A stretch of DNA of 64,000 bases from the NCBI GenBank assembly GCA_963693365.1, contig CAVNZM010000010.1:4090159-4154158 (forward strand), read 5' to 3'. Both the position numbers and the translations under genes were made by a program. The DNA comes from Amoebidium appalachense (lineage: Eukaryota; Protista; Ichthyosporea). Below the pieces are notes generated by a model. That model was not told the origin of the DNA and did no database searches. It worked only from the letters and a program-made list of their open reading frames with translations. Of the stretch, positions 1 to 19,463 are shown piece by piece (within the stretch, counting starts at the first letter, position 1; the number at the start of each line of letters is the position of its first letter).

Positions 1-390
1 GAATAAAAATTTATAAATTTTAAAAAATATTAAAAAATGTGTGCATGCGTGAAGTTCTGCTCTTACCTGGAGACCGGGGAGGTGGACGTGGGGCTCTGTG
101 GAGGCTGCAAAGGGACAACATAAGGTTCGGTAAATAAAAGTTTTAAAATGTCATAATAAAAATATCAATTTTGTAAAATTATATAAACTAAAGGTAGTAT
201 TGTTAAAGTACGGGCCCTTTCGTGAGCGCATGTAAGCGACCATGACAGAACGAGGTCGCTCTATATGCATAGATGGACCACACTCACATGTAACTTTTAC
301 TGGTTGGAATATCGAGCCAGCTTAGCCTTATTTTCCCTCGTCGTCCTTGCATGAAACGGAGAGGGGAAAGGGGGAGGGAGGGGGGCGGGG

Positions 391-421
<31 letters not shown>

Positions 422-977
422 AGGGGGTGGGGGGGGAGAGAGAGGGGGGCAGGGGATATGTGTGTGTGTGCGTAGGTGTGTGTGTGTGTGGTTTGTGTGT
501 GCGTCTGTGTGTGTGTGTGTGTGTCTGTGTGTGCCTCTGTGTGTGCGCGTGTGCGAACGTGCGCGCAGTGTGTGTGTGCTTGAGTGAGTGTGGCTGTGTG
601 TTGGTGTGTGTGTGCGCTTGTATGTGGTTTCATTTTTGGTGGGGGGAACTGGAGTTGGGGGGGGGGGGGGGGGGGGGGGGAGGGGAGTGTATTTGACCAG
701 ATCTTAACAGACCAAACAACTCTGATATGTGTGGCAAACCAGGTAACCAAAGGGTTCAAAAAAAAAAAAAACTCAACCAATGCCCAACTTCCTCTCACCC
801 CACAACACCTCCCGTCGCATTGTGTGGTCTTATCCGACTTCGTAAAACTGCATGGGGCTTCAATTCATCTCGCCTCTCCTCCTCCCCACCTCCTGCCCCC
901 GCCCTTCCTCCCTCCATGCATGCATGCAGGCACATAGGCACACAGACACCCACACACCCACACATATCCAGGCATAC

Positions 978-1663
978 CATGTCCACCCGATCTCCAAACC
1001 TACACCTGGCGTTGCATGCTCTACTTCGAATTGGGCAAGTCATCCAAGTCCGTGCATCGCTACGTGTACCCAAGCTGCCTGAACACAGATGCAACACACA
1101 CACACAAAGACACACACAGATCAAGCCCTTTCTCTCCTCAGCTCCAACCCCCCCACCCCCCACCCCTCCCCCTCTCCCCCCCTCTTCTTTCCCTCTCTCC
1201 CCCCCCTCCCCTCCTGCCATCATCGGATGGTTCCTGCCTCCAGCTGCCCCAGCCCCAACCTTCACACACCATTTTCCAGCTGTGTTCCGAACCCGCCACA
1301 CTCTGCCAAGTGCCCTCCCCCACCCAGTGCTGCCCCCCTCCTCCCTCTCCCCCTTCCCCCCAGTCTCATCAGAACACGTCGTCTTCAGCAACATCCCATC
1401 AGCCCACAACTCCATCTCTCTCATTCTCTCCCTCTCCCTCTCTCCTCCCTCCCCCTTCCCTCCCTTCTCCCCCCCCCACCCCCCCCCCCCTTTCCCCCTT
1501 CCACCATCACCATCACCACCCCACTCCATCACTACCACAACAACCACAACCACTACCACCCACACACACCTTCTCTGGGGGTGTCTGCGGTGTTGCCTGT
1601 GCCGTCGTTCGGGTCCCCAATAGGTCCTCCGCCGCAACGTTTAGGAGCTTTTTGGGATCCCAT
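978..1663 (-). CDS. Putative 5' exons of an unknown gene, probably continuing toward or off the left edge
   Basis: Exon 1663-1570 (ATG at 1663, MGSQKAPKRCGGGPIGDPNDGTGNTADTPRE, GT donor, phase 1) joins in phase to 1078-978 (ttcag acceptor, GSLGTRSDARTWMTCPIRSRACNARCRFGDRVDM, gtatg donor). A further small exon with good sites lies at 104-67. No recognisable domain, and the exon chain is incomplete. Confidence 0.3.
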
Positions 1664-4332
1664 TTTGTCTTCAAATTTTGAAACATGCTTGCGTTCTTTT
1701 CTGCAACATGCAGATCTCAGCCACTACGAAAAACTACTTAGATCTCAGTGTGTGTTCCTTTCCTATCTTTGCTAGTCTGCGATCCTAGCTAACCCATCCA
1801 CACGATGGCTTTTTGGAACAATGTGGTGAAAGAAAAAACCACCCTCCCCTCTTTTCGGGTTTTTTCTTCTGGTAGTAACAAGAAATAAGTCAGGGAACTT
1901 CGCTCAAGCTGAGCACGGCATTGTGACCTCCGGCGTGTACGTATTCTGGAAAGAAAAATATGTTTTGGTGTATCTAAAGCTACTCATTCGGTTTTCCTTA
2001 GAAATACTTATGAGCGTTCTAGCTCTCTCATGTCGTTTTACCGGTCAGACTCACCGGGCATAGCTAGCTTTCCATAGAATCGGCACATGCAGCGTCGGAT
2101 CTTAAAACAAAAAAGTGAGGGGGAAAAAAAGGAAAAGGACTAGCAAAAAGAAAGGAAGCTAACCCCTAGGGGCTAATTATCGCGGGGTCAACCGAAACTC
2201 TGCAATGGTGATTTTGAAAAAAAAACTTTCGCTTGCATGGCCAGCCAAAATCAGTTGCCCGGCTTTGCAAAATTGACCCAAAATTCTGAGCACTTCGTGT
2301 GACTGACTCGAAGCTCGAGTGAGACAGCTCCCGGATTCGGACCCCGAACTTCAGAGCGGCCGTTGCTAGCTTGGCTCACAGTTTGATGCTCTTAGCATCA
2401 ATCAAAATGAGGATCCCTTGGGAAATAGCTTTATAAGATAAGTCCGCATGATGACGTAATGACTTCTCTGCGCACAATGATTGAGGTCCCGTCCTCCCCC
2501 CCCCCCCCCCCCCCCCCCACCTCTTGCTGCACCCCACCCATTCACCACGCCCCACCCCACCCAATCCCTCCCCTGACACATGTCACAATGCACCCAGACA
2601 CCCACAGCCACCCACACTCTCTTTCTTTCTCTCTTCCCTCGCGATAATCATACATATATGCAGGTCGGTAACTTGGCAAATAAATAACAAAACGAATCCG
2701 AGTTTGATAACAACAGAAGGTAATATATCTAAGGCACAGATCAGCCTGGGGGTAGCTGTATAGACAGAGCTTCTTCGTACCAAGCCTTTTTTTTTTCTTT
2801 TTTTCTTTTTAGAAATCAGGGCCGGTTTCTAACCTCCCCCCCTCTCCCCCCCCCCCCCCCCCCCTCCCATGCTTGCCCAACCTTCCCCCCCCCCCCCCCC
2901 CCCGCTCCCCCCCTTCCCCCTCCTTTTCCCCCGTGATAGTGATATATGCACACACGCATAAGCACCACCGCCAGCACCCAAAAAAGCAACAAAAATTCCG
3001 AAACCAACTGTTCTCCAGTTCTCTCTACTATTCATAAGCAGCTGTGCATACATGGTTGGTTTGTTCAAATTACTACTTTTGCCAATGATTCCTTTTCCTT
3101 CTTCTTTTTTTTATTAAAAAATTCCATTGTTTTTAAGTTTTCAAAGTTTTTTGTATTTTTATTTTTAATTTTAATTATTATATGTATACTGATATATTGG
3201 GGGGGGGGGGGGGGGGAGGGGGGGAGGGGGGAGGGGAGGGCAAATGCTGTATGTGGAAGTGTGGAGGGACCCAGGGGAGCAAGGATGCCGCGCGAAGGTG
3301 GTGGTAGTGATGGTGTTGTTTGTTTGTTCCGGGGGGGGAAGGGGGGGAGGGGGGGGGGGGGGGGAGGGGGGAGGGGGGAGATTGGTTTGGGGCAGGGCTG
3401 ATGCTGAAAGGTGAGCTTAACGAACCCGAATACCTGTCAAATCGAACGTACCATATGCTCTGCAGGGGCCTACCTTGAGAAGTAAAATGTTGGGTAGACA
3501 TATGCGCATGCTCCGGTTTAGCCCCTTTCGAATTTATGTAGCAGGGGCGGGAGGAGGGGGAGGAGGCGGGGGTGAGGGGAGTTACTAAAAAATATCAATT
3601 TAAGTAAAGTAAAGAAAGGAAAGGAAAGGAAAGGCCGAGTGTGAGCATACTCTTTGGTAGTTGAGTCTTTATATTACATAGAGCGATGCAGGTTCGAAAG
3701 GGAAGCCTGGAAGGACATGAGACTGTTCTTTGATCCTACAAACCTTTCCGGTATTATTCTGGTATTCTGGTATCTGCGTGACTTTTTGGCGGCTACATCT
3801 CCAATGAAACTTTGATGCACAGACTGGCTTGATGTTTGATATAGCCTCATTTGAGGTTTTTTTTTTAACTTTTTTTTGGGGGGGAGGGGGTGGGTTGGGG
3901 GGGGGGGGGGGGAAGGGGGGTGGGGGGGGGAACGTGTGTGTGTGCACGTGTGTGTGTTTGGGGGGGGGGGGGGGGGGGAGGGGGGAGGGGGGGGGGGGGG
4001 GGGGGGGCAATAAAAATGAAGACCGTGTCAACCAAACCAGCCCCTAGAGGTGAGTGGAGATGAGAGAGAAGGGATCGAGATCTAAACAATTAAGGTAGCT
4101 GGAACCATGGAATTGCGGCGATCGGTCTCCGGGCCAAATTCATATGAAAAACAGGGTTACATCGAGAGCAAAAAGGTACACCAATTATGCGCTAGAGCTA
4201 TAGTTTTTGCATGATAATTAGGCAAATAGTGTTTTTTTAAAACGTTCAGTACAGAAATATTATAACTCAATTGGTTCAGCGTCAGCGACCGAAAAACCAA
4301 CTGCACGAAATCTGGTACGTTCAATCACCCTG

Positions 4333-5383
4333 ACGCGCTGGTAGGTGATGCCGTGGCTGGCAGTCCCCTTGAGGTAGCGCAACACGCGCTTTGCAGCAGT
4401 CAGGTGGGCCTGGCCGTGGTTCTGGTTGAACCTGGCAAGCACCCCTACGGGGCCTGGGCAATATCTGGCCGGGTCCAGCTGGCCAGGTACATCACGCTGC
4501 CCACGATGCCCTGGTACAGCGCCACATATGGCGCCATGGTGCTGATCTCCTCGGGGGTGGCAGGGCACTGGGCCTTGCTCAGTTTTTCGAGGGTCATGGG
4601 TGTGTCCACAGCCCTGCTGTCAGCCATGCCGTACTTCTCCAACACACGTGCAGTGTAGGCAGCCTGGTGGATCTTGATGGTGCCGAGCTCCCTGCAGATC
4701 ACAATCTGCACCCCTAGGAAGCAGTTGGCCAGAGGCATCTCCTTGATGGAAAAGATGGTGCCCAGCTGCTTGGCCAGTCTCGTAGCTGCCTGCATGCTGG
4801 CTGTGCTGGCCACCATGTCGTCGATGTGGATCACCAGCAGCTCCAGGTGCTTGCCCTTGCCGCGCAGATACAGGCAGGGGTCTGCTGCAGCCTGCTTGAA
4901 GCCCAGCTGGGCCAGGCCGACTGTGAAGGTGTCGCCCCACGCACGTGCAGCCTGGCTCAGCCCGCAGATGGCCTTGTGCAGCCTGCAGACAAGGTGCTCC
5001 TGGCCGGGCACCACATACCCCTCGGGCTGAGCCATGTAGATTTCCTCGCTGAGCTCAGCATTGAGGAATGCACTGTCTGCATCATACTGGCTAAGGGGCC
5101 GGCCCTGGGCTGCGGCAGTGGCGATCAAATACCTGGTGGTGGTCGGGCTGGCTGTGGGGGCAAAGGTGTCGGTGAAGTCCACACCAGGACGTTGGCTGAA
5201 CCCCTTGGCCACCAGTCTGGCCCGGAACTTGGTCACCTCATTGTCGCCGTTGTGCTTGACGTCATACACCCAGCGATTTTTTGATTGGACGGCGGCCCTC
5301 GGGCAGTGGCACCAGCGAATGAGTGCCGTGGCGCCGCAGCTTCTCCATCTGTGCATCACATGCCTGCTTCCACATGGTGACAT
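4333..5383 (-). pseudogene. Copia reverse transcriptase (RVT_2-like), frameshifted
   Basis: RWVYDVK, FRARLVAKGFSQRPGVDFTDTFAP, DADSAFLN, HKAICGLSQAARAW, DPCLY, HIDD (YVDD equivalent), YQGIVGSVMYLASWTRPDIA, AAKRVLRYLKGT. Confidence 0.9.
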
Positions 5384-5515
5384 GGTCTGAGACCACCGCC
5401 TCCTTGTAGGAGTTGGGGATGGGCACCTCCGACACCAGCAGTGCAGGCTGCAGGGGCTGCTTGCCGTGCATCAGCGCAGATGCAGCCGCAGTCATGGCCA
5501 GCACCTTGGCCTCAA

Positions 5516-6871
5516 TCACGGGCCCTTGCCGTTGCCCAGGTACTGCTGGGTGCTGAACACGTGTCCACTCCGTGTCACCCTAGGCAGGTGGTGGCTGGAC
5601 ACGTTGCTGTCGGTGAAATGCACCCGCTTGGCCACTGGCTGCACAGATTTGGCGGGCGGCAAATCCACACGCACGCGCTTGAGTATGCCTGCACCCACTT
5701 GTGCTGGCTCCTCATCTTCGCTCTCGCTGTCGCTGCTGTCCCAGCAGTCGTTGCTGGTGTCTGTGGCCGTGGTGGCCACAGTGCTGGCAGGGTCGGTGTC
5801 CCTGCCAGCCTCCTCACCCGTGCTTGTGTGCTCCTCCTGCACAAATGGGTCATCTGTGCTGGTCTGGCCAGGTGCAGCCCGGCTGGTGGCCATGCACGGG
5901 TTTAGGGCAGTCGAAGTGCCCTTCACCAGGGTGACACCCTCGTTGAATTGCACACTCCTCCTCACGACCACTGAACCGAAACTGCCGTTGGGGTTGACCA
6001 GCAGGATGCGGTAGCCCTTGGTCTCCTCCCCGTAGCCAATCAGAATGCCCCGCTGGGCGCGTGGTGCCAGCTTGTTGCCGCGCTGCTCCTTGGCGATGGC
6101 GGGGTAGGCAAGGCAGCCATAGGCACGGAGGTAGGACACATCAGGCACCTGGTTGTAGAATACCTGCCAGGGTGTCATGCCAGACACGGCCTTGTGGCGG
6201 CTCATGTTGATCAGCAGCACCGCCGTGCGGACGGTCTCGGGCCAGCGGTTTTGGGGGAAGCCCGGCACAGATGCCATCATGGCCCGGGCCTTGTCCACCA
6301 CCGTGTAGATGTAGCGCTCAGCTTCACCGTTTTGGCCATGCTCATAGGCCACCACCATCTGATGCATAATGCCCTTGCTGATGCAGAAACGTTGGAAGGC
6401 CCGCGACTTGAACTCGCCGGCGCCGTTCGTGCGGTAGATGCGCACCTTGTGGCCGTGCTGCTGCTCCATCTTGGTGGCCCAGGCAGCCAGGGTGGCAGGC
6501 ACGTCACTGCGTGCCTTCAGGACCCACACAAACATCATGCCGGTCTTGTCATCCACAGCCACAAGCACGAAGTAGTAGCCGTCCACAGACCGCTGGTGGG
6601 GGCCACCCACATCCACGTGCACAATGCCAAGCACTGTGTCTGCACGCTGGCGGCCTTGGGTAGGGAAAGGGTGCTGCTTGGCCTTGCCGATGGCACACCC
6701 ATCACACACGGCAGGGGTGGCAGAGGGGCTGGTGGTGAGCTCCAGACCCTTAACCATGCCGCGGCGCGCCAGCTGCAGCAGGCCAGTCTGGCCGATGTGG
6801 CCATAGCGCTGGTGCCAGGTCTTGTAGCTGGCCTTGGCCGCATTCTTGAAGGGGCTCCACGGGTGCTGCAC
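5516..6871 (-). pseudogene. Copia GAG-pre-integrase and integrase
   Basis: WHQRYGH...CDGC zinc-binding region; core VHVD / RTNGAGEF (second catalytic D appears as N) / QNGEAER; KLAPRA..GILIGY..TKGYRI; RRSVQFNE. Confidence 0.9.
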
Positions 6872-6886
6872 TGTTCCGTGGTGGGG

Positions 6887-9719
6887 TCAGCAGGGGTAGC
6901 ACTTGGGGTAGGGGCAGCCTCGGGCACGGTGCAGGCATCGGTGGCTGGGGCAGGTGCTGGTGCAGGCACGGTGCCTGCTGCAGCAAGTGACTGGGCCACG
7001 CAGTGGTGTTGTCACCGGTGCGCGCACAGCAGCCAGGGGCCTGCACTCCTCCTGCTCCCGGGCCCGGCCTCGATCCTCCCCATCGGATGCCTCCTCCTCA
7101 CCCTCGGAAAATTCGTGATCAGAGACCCCCAGATCCGGTAAGTCGGCAAATTCGTCAACAGGGGGGGTCCTTGGCGGGGTGGGTGGGGGGGTCCAAACAC
7201 CAGGGGCAGGGGCGGAGGGTGCAGGCGCCGGTGCAGCTGTACCCACCTCAAAGCCAGGTGGTGGGGTGACCATCTTGCACACCATGGTGGTGCCCTCGGC
7301 CAGCACACACGGGGTAGCACCGTCCAGTGTGGCCATCAGGGCCCGGGCATCTATGGGCAGCTCCTTGCCAGGTGCTGTGAAGGGGCACATGTAGAGGTTG
7401 GCCGCAGGGTCGCGGGCACACTCAAAGTAGACACGGCCGTCAGTCTTGAAGACGGTGACACGGTCAGCTGCCACCAACGAGCTGCACCTAGCCTGTGTAG
7501 CAGTGGGTGCCGAAAACAGACGCGCACCCAGTGCAGGCACGTACAGGGCATTTAGCGTGATGCGCGCAGCCACACCCCTGTGCCATGCAGTCACCTGCAC
7601 AGTGCCACGGCTCTCCGCAGGCACGGTGCCACCACCTATTTTACCGGTGCCTGCAGGGTTGAGGGGCACAAGGGTGGTGAAGTCATCTTTGTGGCACGTC
7701 ATGTGGTGGGAGGCTGCGCCATCCCAGGTCCACTTGTCGTCCAGCCCAACGGCAGGCGGGCCGCCCACTGTGCACATGTAGGCCGAAGCCACCATGCCAA
7801 AAGCGTCACCAATGTCGCCAGCAAGGGCCTCCGCAGCTGCCAGGTTCGCACGCATTGTCTCCAGCATGGTCGGGCACTGGTTCTGCTGGTGGCCAGGCTT
7901 CTTGCACTTGAAGCAGAGACCGTTCTTCATGCAGTAGGCACGGTCCAGAGCAGCACCAGGGTTGCCTGCGCCACGCCGGCCGCCGTTGCCGCCTTTGCCG
8001 CCACGGCCGCCGCGGCCGCCACGTTTTCTCGGATCATCCTTGGCCGGAGTGGTGGCAGCAGCAGCCAACGCAGCGGCGGTAGGCGGGTCACGGCGCGGAG
8101 GCGGCTGCCTGGGCTGCACACCTTGCCGTTGCAGATTGATCTCCTGGGTCAGCAGCATGTGCTTCATCTCATCGAGTGACCGGGGCACACGCTCCATGCT
8201 CAGCACCTCCTTGGCAGTGCGCAGACGGTTAGGGATCATGTCCAAGATCTTCAGCCGTACTTGCTCCTCCGACTCGGGGATGCCGGCTGCCGTCAGCTGA
8301 TGCTGCAGGTTGAACACCTTGGCAAAGATCGCTCCAATGGTGTCCTTGGGCTCGGCAGCCAGCTGCGCCCACCTGTTGTGCAGCATAGCACGAGCATCAG
8401 GGGTCAGCACACTGTAGGTGGTCTTGAGCGCGGTCCACATGGCACAGGCAGACGTACAGTACTGAAGCTGGGGGCAGAGGGTGTCATCAACAGCAGCCAT
8501 CAGTTCGTACTTGGCTTTGCCTTCGAACCGGCACCACCAAGACCACCACCCGGGCCATCTTAGGAAAAATCACAGTAGAGTTGCAGTCCTTTTTCTTTTC
8601 AAAAATTTGGCACCCACGGAACACAACACTTCCCCCCGCCCACCCCAAAATGCAAAAACACCACCATATACCCAACCCGTAGAAAGAAAAGTAAGGCTCC
8701 CCAAAAACCCAAGACACCAACAAATTCACCCCCCACACACACCCGGCCGGCCCGTTCTGACTGCCGGAACACACACAGACCCGGTGTGCCCTGTAAAACC
8801 CACCTTTTAGTCCGCAAAAACATCGCCACAACATACGTACAACAACACATAATATTAGGCAGCAACCCCCCCCCACCACCACCACCACACCCCATCGATA
8901 TCATCCACCCATACCCACCGTAAACACTATACACAACACCTAGGACTTCCCAAAACTGTAGATCGACCAATGAGAGCCCTCGGTTAACGTTTATTGCTAG
9001 GTTTTGAATGGAGGGGAGGACTGGAGCCTCCTGCCGGCGTGGCTGGGGTAGTAGCCCTGGGCAAAGTGTGTACTTATAGTTAGGTTGTGAAGGATGGTTT
9101 AGCTATATATAGCTGAACTCATAGATAGCACCTAACTAGTGTACTGTCGGTGCTGTGTGGTAGACGGTAGTTTCCCTAGAGGGCCCGAAAAGGCCCTCCG
9201 GGAACAAAACGTGATAAAATAAAAAAATAAAAAAAAATAAAAAAATGGCTTTGCCTTCGAGGCGCCGGGCGCGCGACGCACTCATGCTGGCACGCTCACC
9301 ATCGCTGCCATCATTGGCCTCAGAGTCCGAGCTGTAACTGGGGCTGGCGCAGGGCGGGGCGGGGCGCCGCAAGGGGTATCCTCCTCAACACGGGAGGGGT
9401 CGGTGTTGACACTAGGGCCGTCATCAGGGATGCCGGAATCACGGTCAACATGCTGTTGCTGGCCGCCGCGCAGGGGCGTGGCCTCCACAACAGCCTCCGG
9501 ATTGGCAGACACGTTGCCAGCTGGCGCAGGGGATGAACGAGGCTTCCTGCGCGCCTGGGTGGAAGGAGGTGCCAAGTAACAGTCGGCAAACCCCTTGGAC
9601 TCAGCGTAAGCTAGCCACAACGGCTCAAAAGCCACCCAGTCAATGCTACCGGTCAGTCTAGGCCTATCATTCGACCTTGGTCCCGTTTTCGAAGCAGTGG
9701 AAGCGTTGCGAAGGCACAA
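6887..9719 (-). pseudogene. Copia gag-protease, frameshifted and interrupted by an insertion
   Basis: UBN2-like gag (KAKYELMAAVDDTLCPQLQYCTSACAMWTALKTTY once the insertion is removed), CCHC zinc knuckle CFKCKKPGHQQNQC, and aspartic protease motif WTWDGAASHHM. Confidence 0.88.
8527..9245 (+). mobile_element. 719-bp A-tailed non-LTR retroposon (5'-truncated LINE or SINE) inserted in copia gag
   Basis: Perfect 15-bp direct repeats TGGCTTTGCCTTCGA at 8512-8526 and 9246-9260. A-rich tail ~9216-9245; stem-loop 9172-9204. Removing the insert plus one repeat restores the gag frame (RLEGKA|KYELMAA). Confidence 0.9.
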
Positions 9720-10590
9720 AAACTGAGAGAAAACTACCTTCCCACACGTAGCAGAGTCTGCACTTAATTAACACAAGTAGAGTGTATAGTCGTTGCACAC
9801 ACACACACGGAGGTGATCAGTCTCTAGAGATATGGGTGCAATATACTACCTACTAAGTGTGTACTTAATCGGGCTGCATGCACTATCACCTAAGTATCAC
9901 ACAAGTGTTCACACGGTGCTGGAGAGTCTGTGTAACAGTCAGTCATCAATATAACTCTCTCGAGCACAACCAATTGTGCTCTCGGGAAAATACATCGGGT
10001 AGAGCACACAGCTAACCGAGCCCTAGTCCCATCCAGACGGGACTAGTACTGCAGGCGGTGCGCTCCGAGCCAATCAAACGGCAGTGAGCCATCCAGCTAT
10101 TATAAGTAACTCCTCACCACAAGATCGGATTGCGGAGCGCATAATCACACTCGCTAAATAAGCAGATAGATAACGAACTAGCACTAGTAGAATATACTTA
10201 GTAATAATAATAGTGATATTGGTGTTGTATATTCCAACAGGTGGGTGCGGGAGGAAGACGGGAGGCAAAAGATTGTTGAGGGGCAGACGGCTGGAAGCGG
10301 TTAGCAGAATGTAGGCCACGCGCGGGGGCTGGGGGGAGGGGGAGGGGAGGGGGGAGGGATGGAGGGTGGGAGAGGGAGGGGAGGGGGAGGGGGGACTGGG
10401 GGGTCACAGGTAGAGGGAAGATCCGATGTGATCACCGTGTAGGGTGGACAGGTACAAGGTTTAGGAATCTGAAAGAAATTCCATGAGCAGGAGATAAGAA
10501 AAGGGGGAAAGTCTTAGAGAAGGGAGATGGAGGGGTTTGTGTGGGTGCATGAGATAGAGGAAGGGGGGTGGATGGGTGGGTGCATTTGGT

Positions 10591-10634
<44 letters not shown>

Positions 10635-10980
10635 GCAGATAGGACCAAAATTGTATACGAAAGTCTGCCCAAATTTGAAGAAAGGGGTGCGGAAAGATCT
10701 AAAATAGAGGGTGTGTGTGTGTGTTGGGGGGGGGGGGGGGGGGGGGGGGGGATGGGGGGCATTGCTGTGGTGGTGGAGAACGGATTATGCTTTGCCGCAC
10801 ATGCATCACCTTTCATGACTCAAGAATATTAAAGCTTTAATGTAATCAAGGCTGTTAGGTGCTTGGTCAACTATCCACCTATAGTTCTTTTAAATGGTTG
10901 TATGGCAAGGTCACTTAAAAAAACTCATATAATTTCTTTAAAAAGACATTGCTCTATGAATCGTAATACACGGATCGTTA

Positions 10981-16900
<5,920 letters not shown>

Positions 16901-18021
16901 TCTTGCGTGTGGAAATGAACGCGTTAACTGACAACTGCAGGTGTGAGTTTGTTTCGGTCAAGAAAACCGAAAAAAAAACTGTGAACAACGAAACAAGCAA
17001 GAAAAAGTACAAACGAAAAGAGGCACTTCGTCTTCTCTGTATTCTTGCTCGCCAACGACTGGGATGTGACGCACAGGAACGCTTGTTGGTGGTGCAAATG
17101 ATGAACGTGCGCATACTTGAAGGAAGAGCGAGCATGGCGACATTCGAACATTCTGGTGTGGGAAAGTTGGAGCAATTTACAGATTTGGTCAGCCAATCAG
17201 CAATCTCTTCTGTTATCCAAAAATAGCACCGATGACCATGCGGCCAATGGGATTGTCGCTAATCGGGCGGGAGATTTCAAATTTAGAGAATGACGCCATC
17301 AACATGCGGCCATACACGTGATCAGAATGATTCGCTTGGCAACGTCTCCAGCGAACGTGCATTTCTTTCTGCCCACGCACGAGTATGCATCAGTCGCCTT
17401 ACACTAAAAGTGTCAAAATAGAGCATGTTTTAGTTCTACAGGGCGGATCTATCCAGTAAAGCTATTTGAGTTTTATTATGATTGTACTTTTTTTACCCTT
17501 TGAGTGTGACTCATGAGTCAATCAGCCGCTTCAGTGCTTACCTTGTATATGCATTCGAACAAAAACCTAATTAGAATGGCTCATGTGTGTACATGGGTCA
17601 CGTGTGGCTTAGCACGTGTGAGTCTAAAAATATGTGCGCTGGCTAATTAGCTGCTATTTATGTGCATGGCATAGGTACATAGATAGTAGCTACCGTACAG
17701 CCACTACCGGCGTGACAGGCGTGAGGCCCTGCGCGCATATGCCGCGTGCTCACGCGGTGACCGTGGGTACGCATATACCCTTCGATTGCTCCAAATTTCA
17801 AACGCCATCACGCATAATCATTATATAAAGCTCACGTGTAACCAGTACCCCCTATGCCAGCCCTCACTCACCATCATAGCTATAGAATGCATGTGCACGG
17901 GGGTAGACATGGTACCGGGGTACATTTGAAATATGTATGCGTGCGTGTATGTGTGTGCGTACGCGCTACGGTCATGGTGGGTGTGCGTCCGTGCGTGCAG
18001 AGCAGTGACTGTGTGTGTGAC

Positions 18022-18060
<39 letters not shown>

Positions 18061-18280
18061 GTGTGTGCGTGTGCGGTGTGTGTGTGTGTGTGTGTGTGTC
18101 TCAGTGTGTGTGCGTGTGTGTGTGTGTGTACATGTGTGTCTGTGCGTGTGTGCGTGCGTGCGTGCGTGTGGAGGAAAGGGGGGGGGGGAGGGGGGGGGGG
18201 GGGGGGGGGATTAGTTGAGCGTTGGCAGCCCGAACACGTTGTCATGCGATGTTATCACGTTATGAAAATATGCGTGTGTG

Positions 18281-18450
18281 AGTGCGTGCGCGTGCATTGC
18301 TTGCGTGCGTGCGTGCAAGCGTGCAAGCGTGCCACGCCGTGCGTGCGTGGCTGCGTGCGTGCGTGCGTGCGTGTGTGCGTGCGTGCGTGCGTGCGTGTGT
18401 GCGTGTGTGCGTGCGTGCGTGCGTGCATGCGTGCGTGCGTACGTGCGTTC
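18281..18450. repeat. (TGCG)n alternating purine-pyrimidine tetranucleotide repeat
   Basis: Seen directly. Similar tracts occur at ~37545-37590 and ~57908-57950. Confidence 0.9.
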
Positions 18451-18925
18451 GTGTGGGTGTGTGGGTGTGGGTGGGTGTGTATTTGGGCGTGTGTGTGGAG
18501 GGGGGGGGGGGGGGGGGGTGAGGGGGAAAGGGGGGAGGGGGAGGGGGAGGTGAGGGGGAAAGGGGGGAGGGGGGGGGAAGGGAGGGTGGCATTATGATTA
18601 TTATATTAGGGGTTTTCGAACTTGAAATGGGAGGGTAAGGGGGGGAGTATTAAATATATATATATATATATATATCAGTATATTTACTAATAGTATATTT
18701 ATATTTATGTATCGACATCCCCCCTGGTGGTACCCCCGGACCCCCACCCCCTCCGGGGTCCCCCCTCCCCCCTCCCCAAGGCAGCCGCAGGGGTGGATAT
18801 CCCCGGTGGGCCACTCTTTTCACTGACCGTCTCATAATGAATGATTGGGTGATTTAAATTTGATCTCCGGGTGGTGGGTCTCCCCTTCCCCCCCCCCCCC
18901 CCCCCCTCCCCCCTCCCCCCCCCCC

Positions 18926-18981
<56 letters not shown>

Positions 18982-19224
18982 CGCGTGCGCGTGATCGTTG
19001 CCAGTACTCGGGCCCACCAAGGGCTGGTTGTAACCGTTACCTTTTTTATTTTTTATTTTCTCGATCTTCTGGAGAAATTTCTTCTTCGGTACTGATGCAT
19101 ATCCCCCCCCCCCCCCCCCCCCCCCCAAACACACGCACACACTGTGACGCGCGCACACGCACAGTCGCACACACACACACACACACATGCGCGCGCACAC
19201 ACGTGCACACAAACGCACACACAT

Positions 19225-19283
<59 letters not shown>

Positions 19284-19429
19284 CATACACACACACGTGC
19301 ACACACACTTCCCATGCATCCCTTCGTGCTGGTGCTCTTCTTCTGCCACCGGCACCCCCCCCCCCCCCCCCCCCCCCCCCCCAAACCCCGTCGGACTCCC
19401 CGTCCCTCCGGCCCCACTCATCTTCTCTA

Positions 19430-19463
<34 letters not shown>

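Larger units (their letters stand above)
4333..10239 (-). mobile_element. Degenerate Ty1/copia LTR retrotransposon, 3'-truncated (no RNase H or 3' LTR visible)
   Basis: Copia domain order gag-PR-IN-RT on the minus strand, with several frameshifts. A probable 5' LTR start TGTTGGAATA reads from 10239 (LTR end and PBS not resolved). The GC-rich coding character stops at ~4333 after LRYLKGTASHGITYQR. Confidence 0.92.

Noticed and set aside
4353-8563. Plus-strand ORFs over the copia region (e.g. 6194-7141) and minus-strand ORFs over the LINE
   Set aside because: Antisense shadow ORFs of real coding sequence, with no independent motifs.
10060-10150. Copia primer-binding site candidates (GATTATGCGCTCCG, TGGCTCGGAGCG)
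   Set aside because: Neither is preceded by a CA LTR end or clearly matches a tRNA. They form a short inverted repeat, and with no 3' LTR the boundary cannot be fixed.
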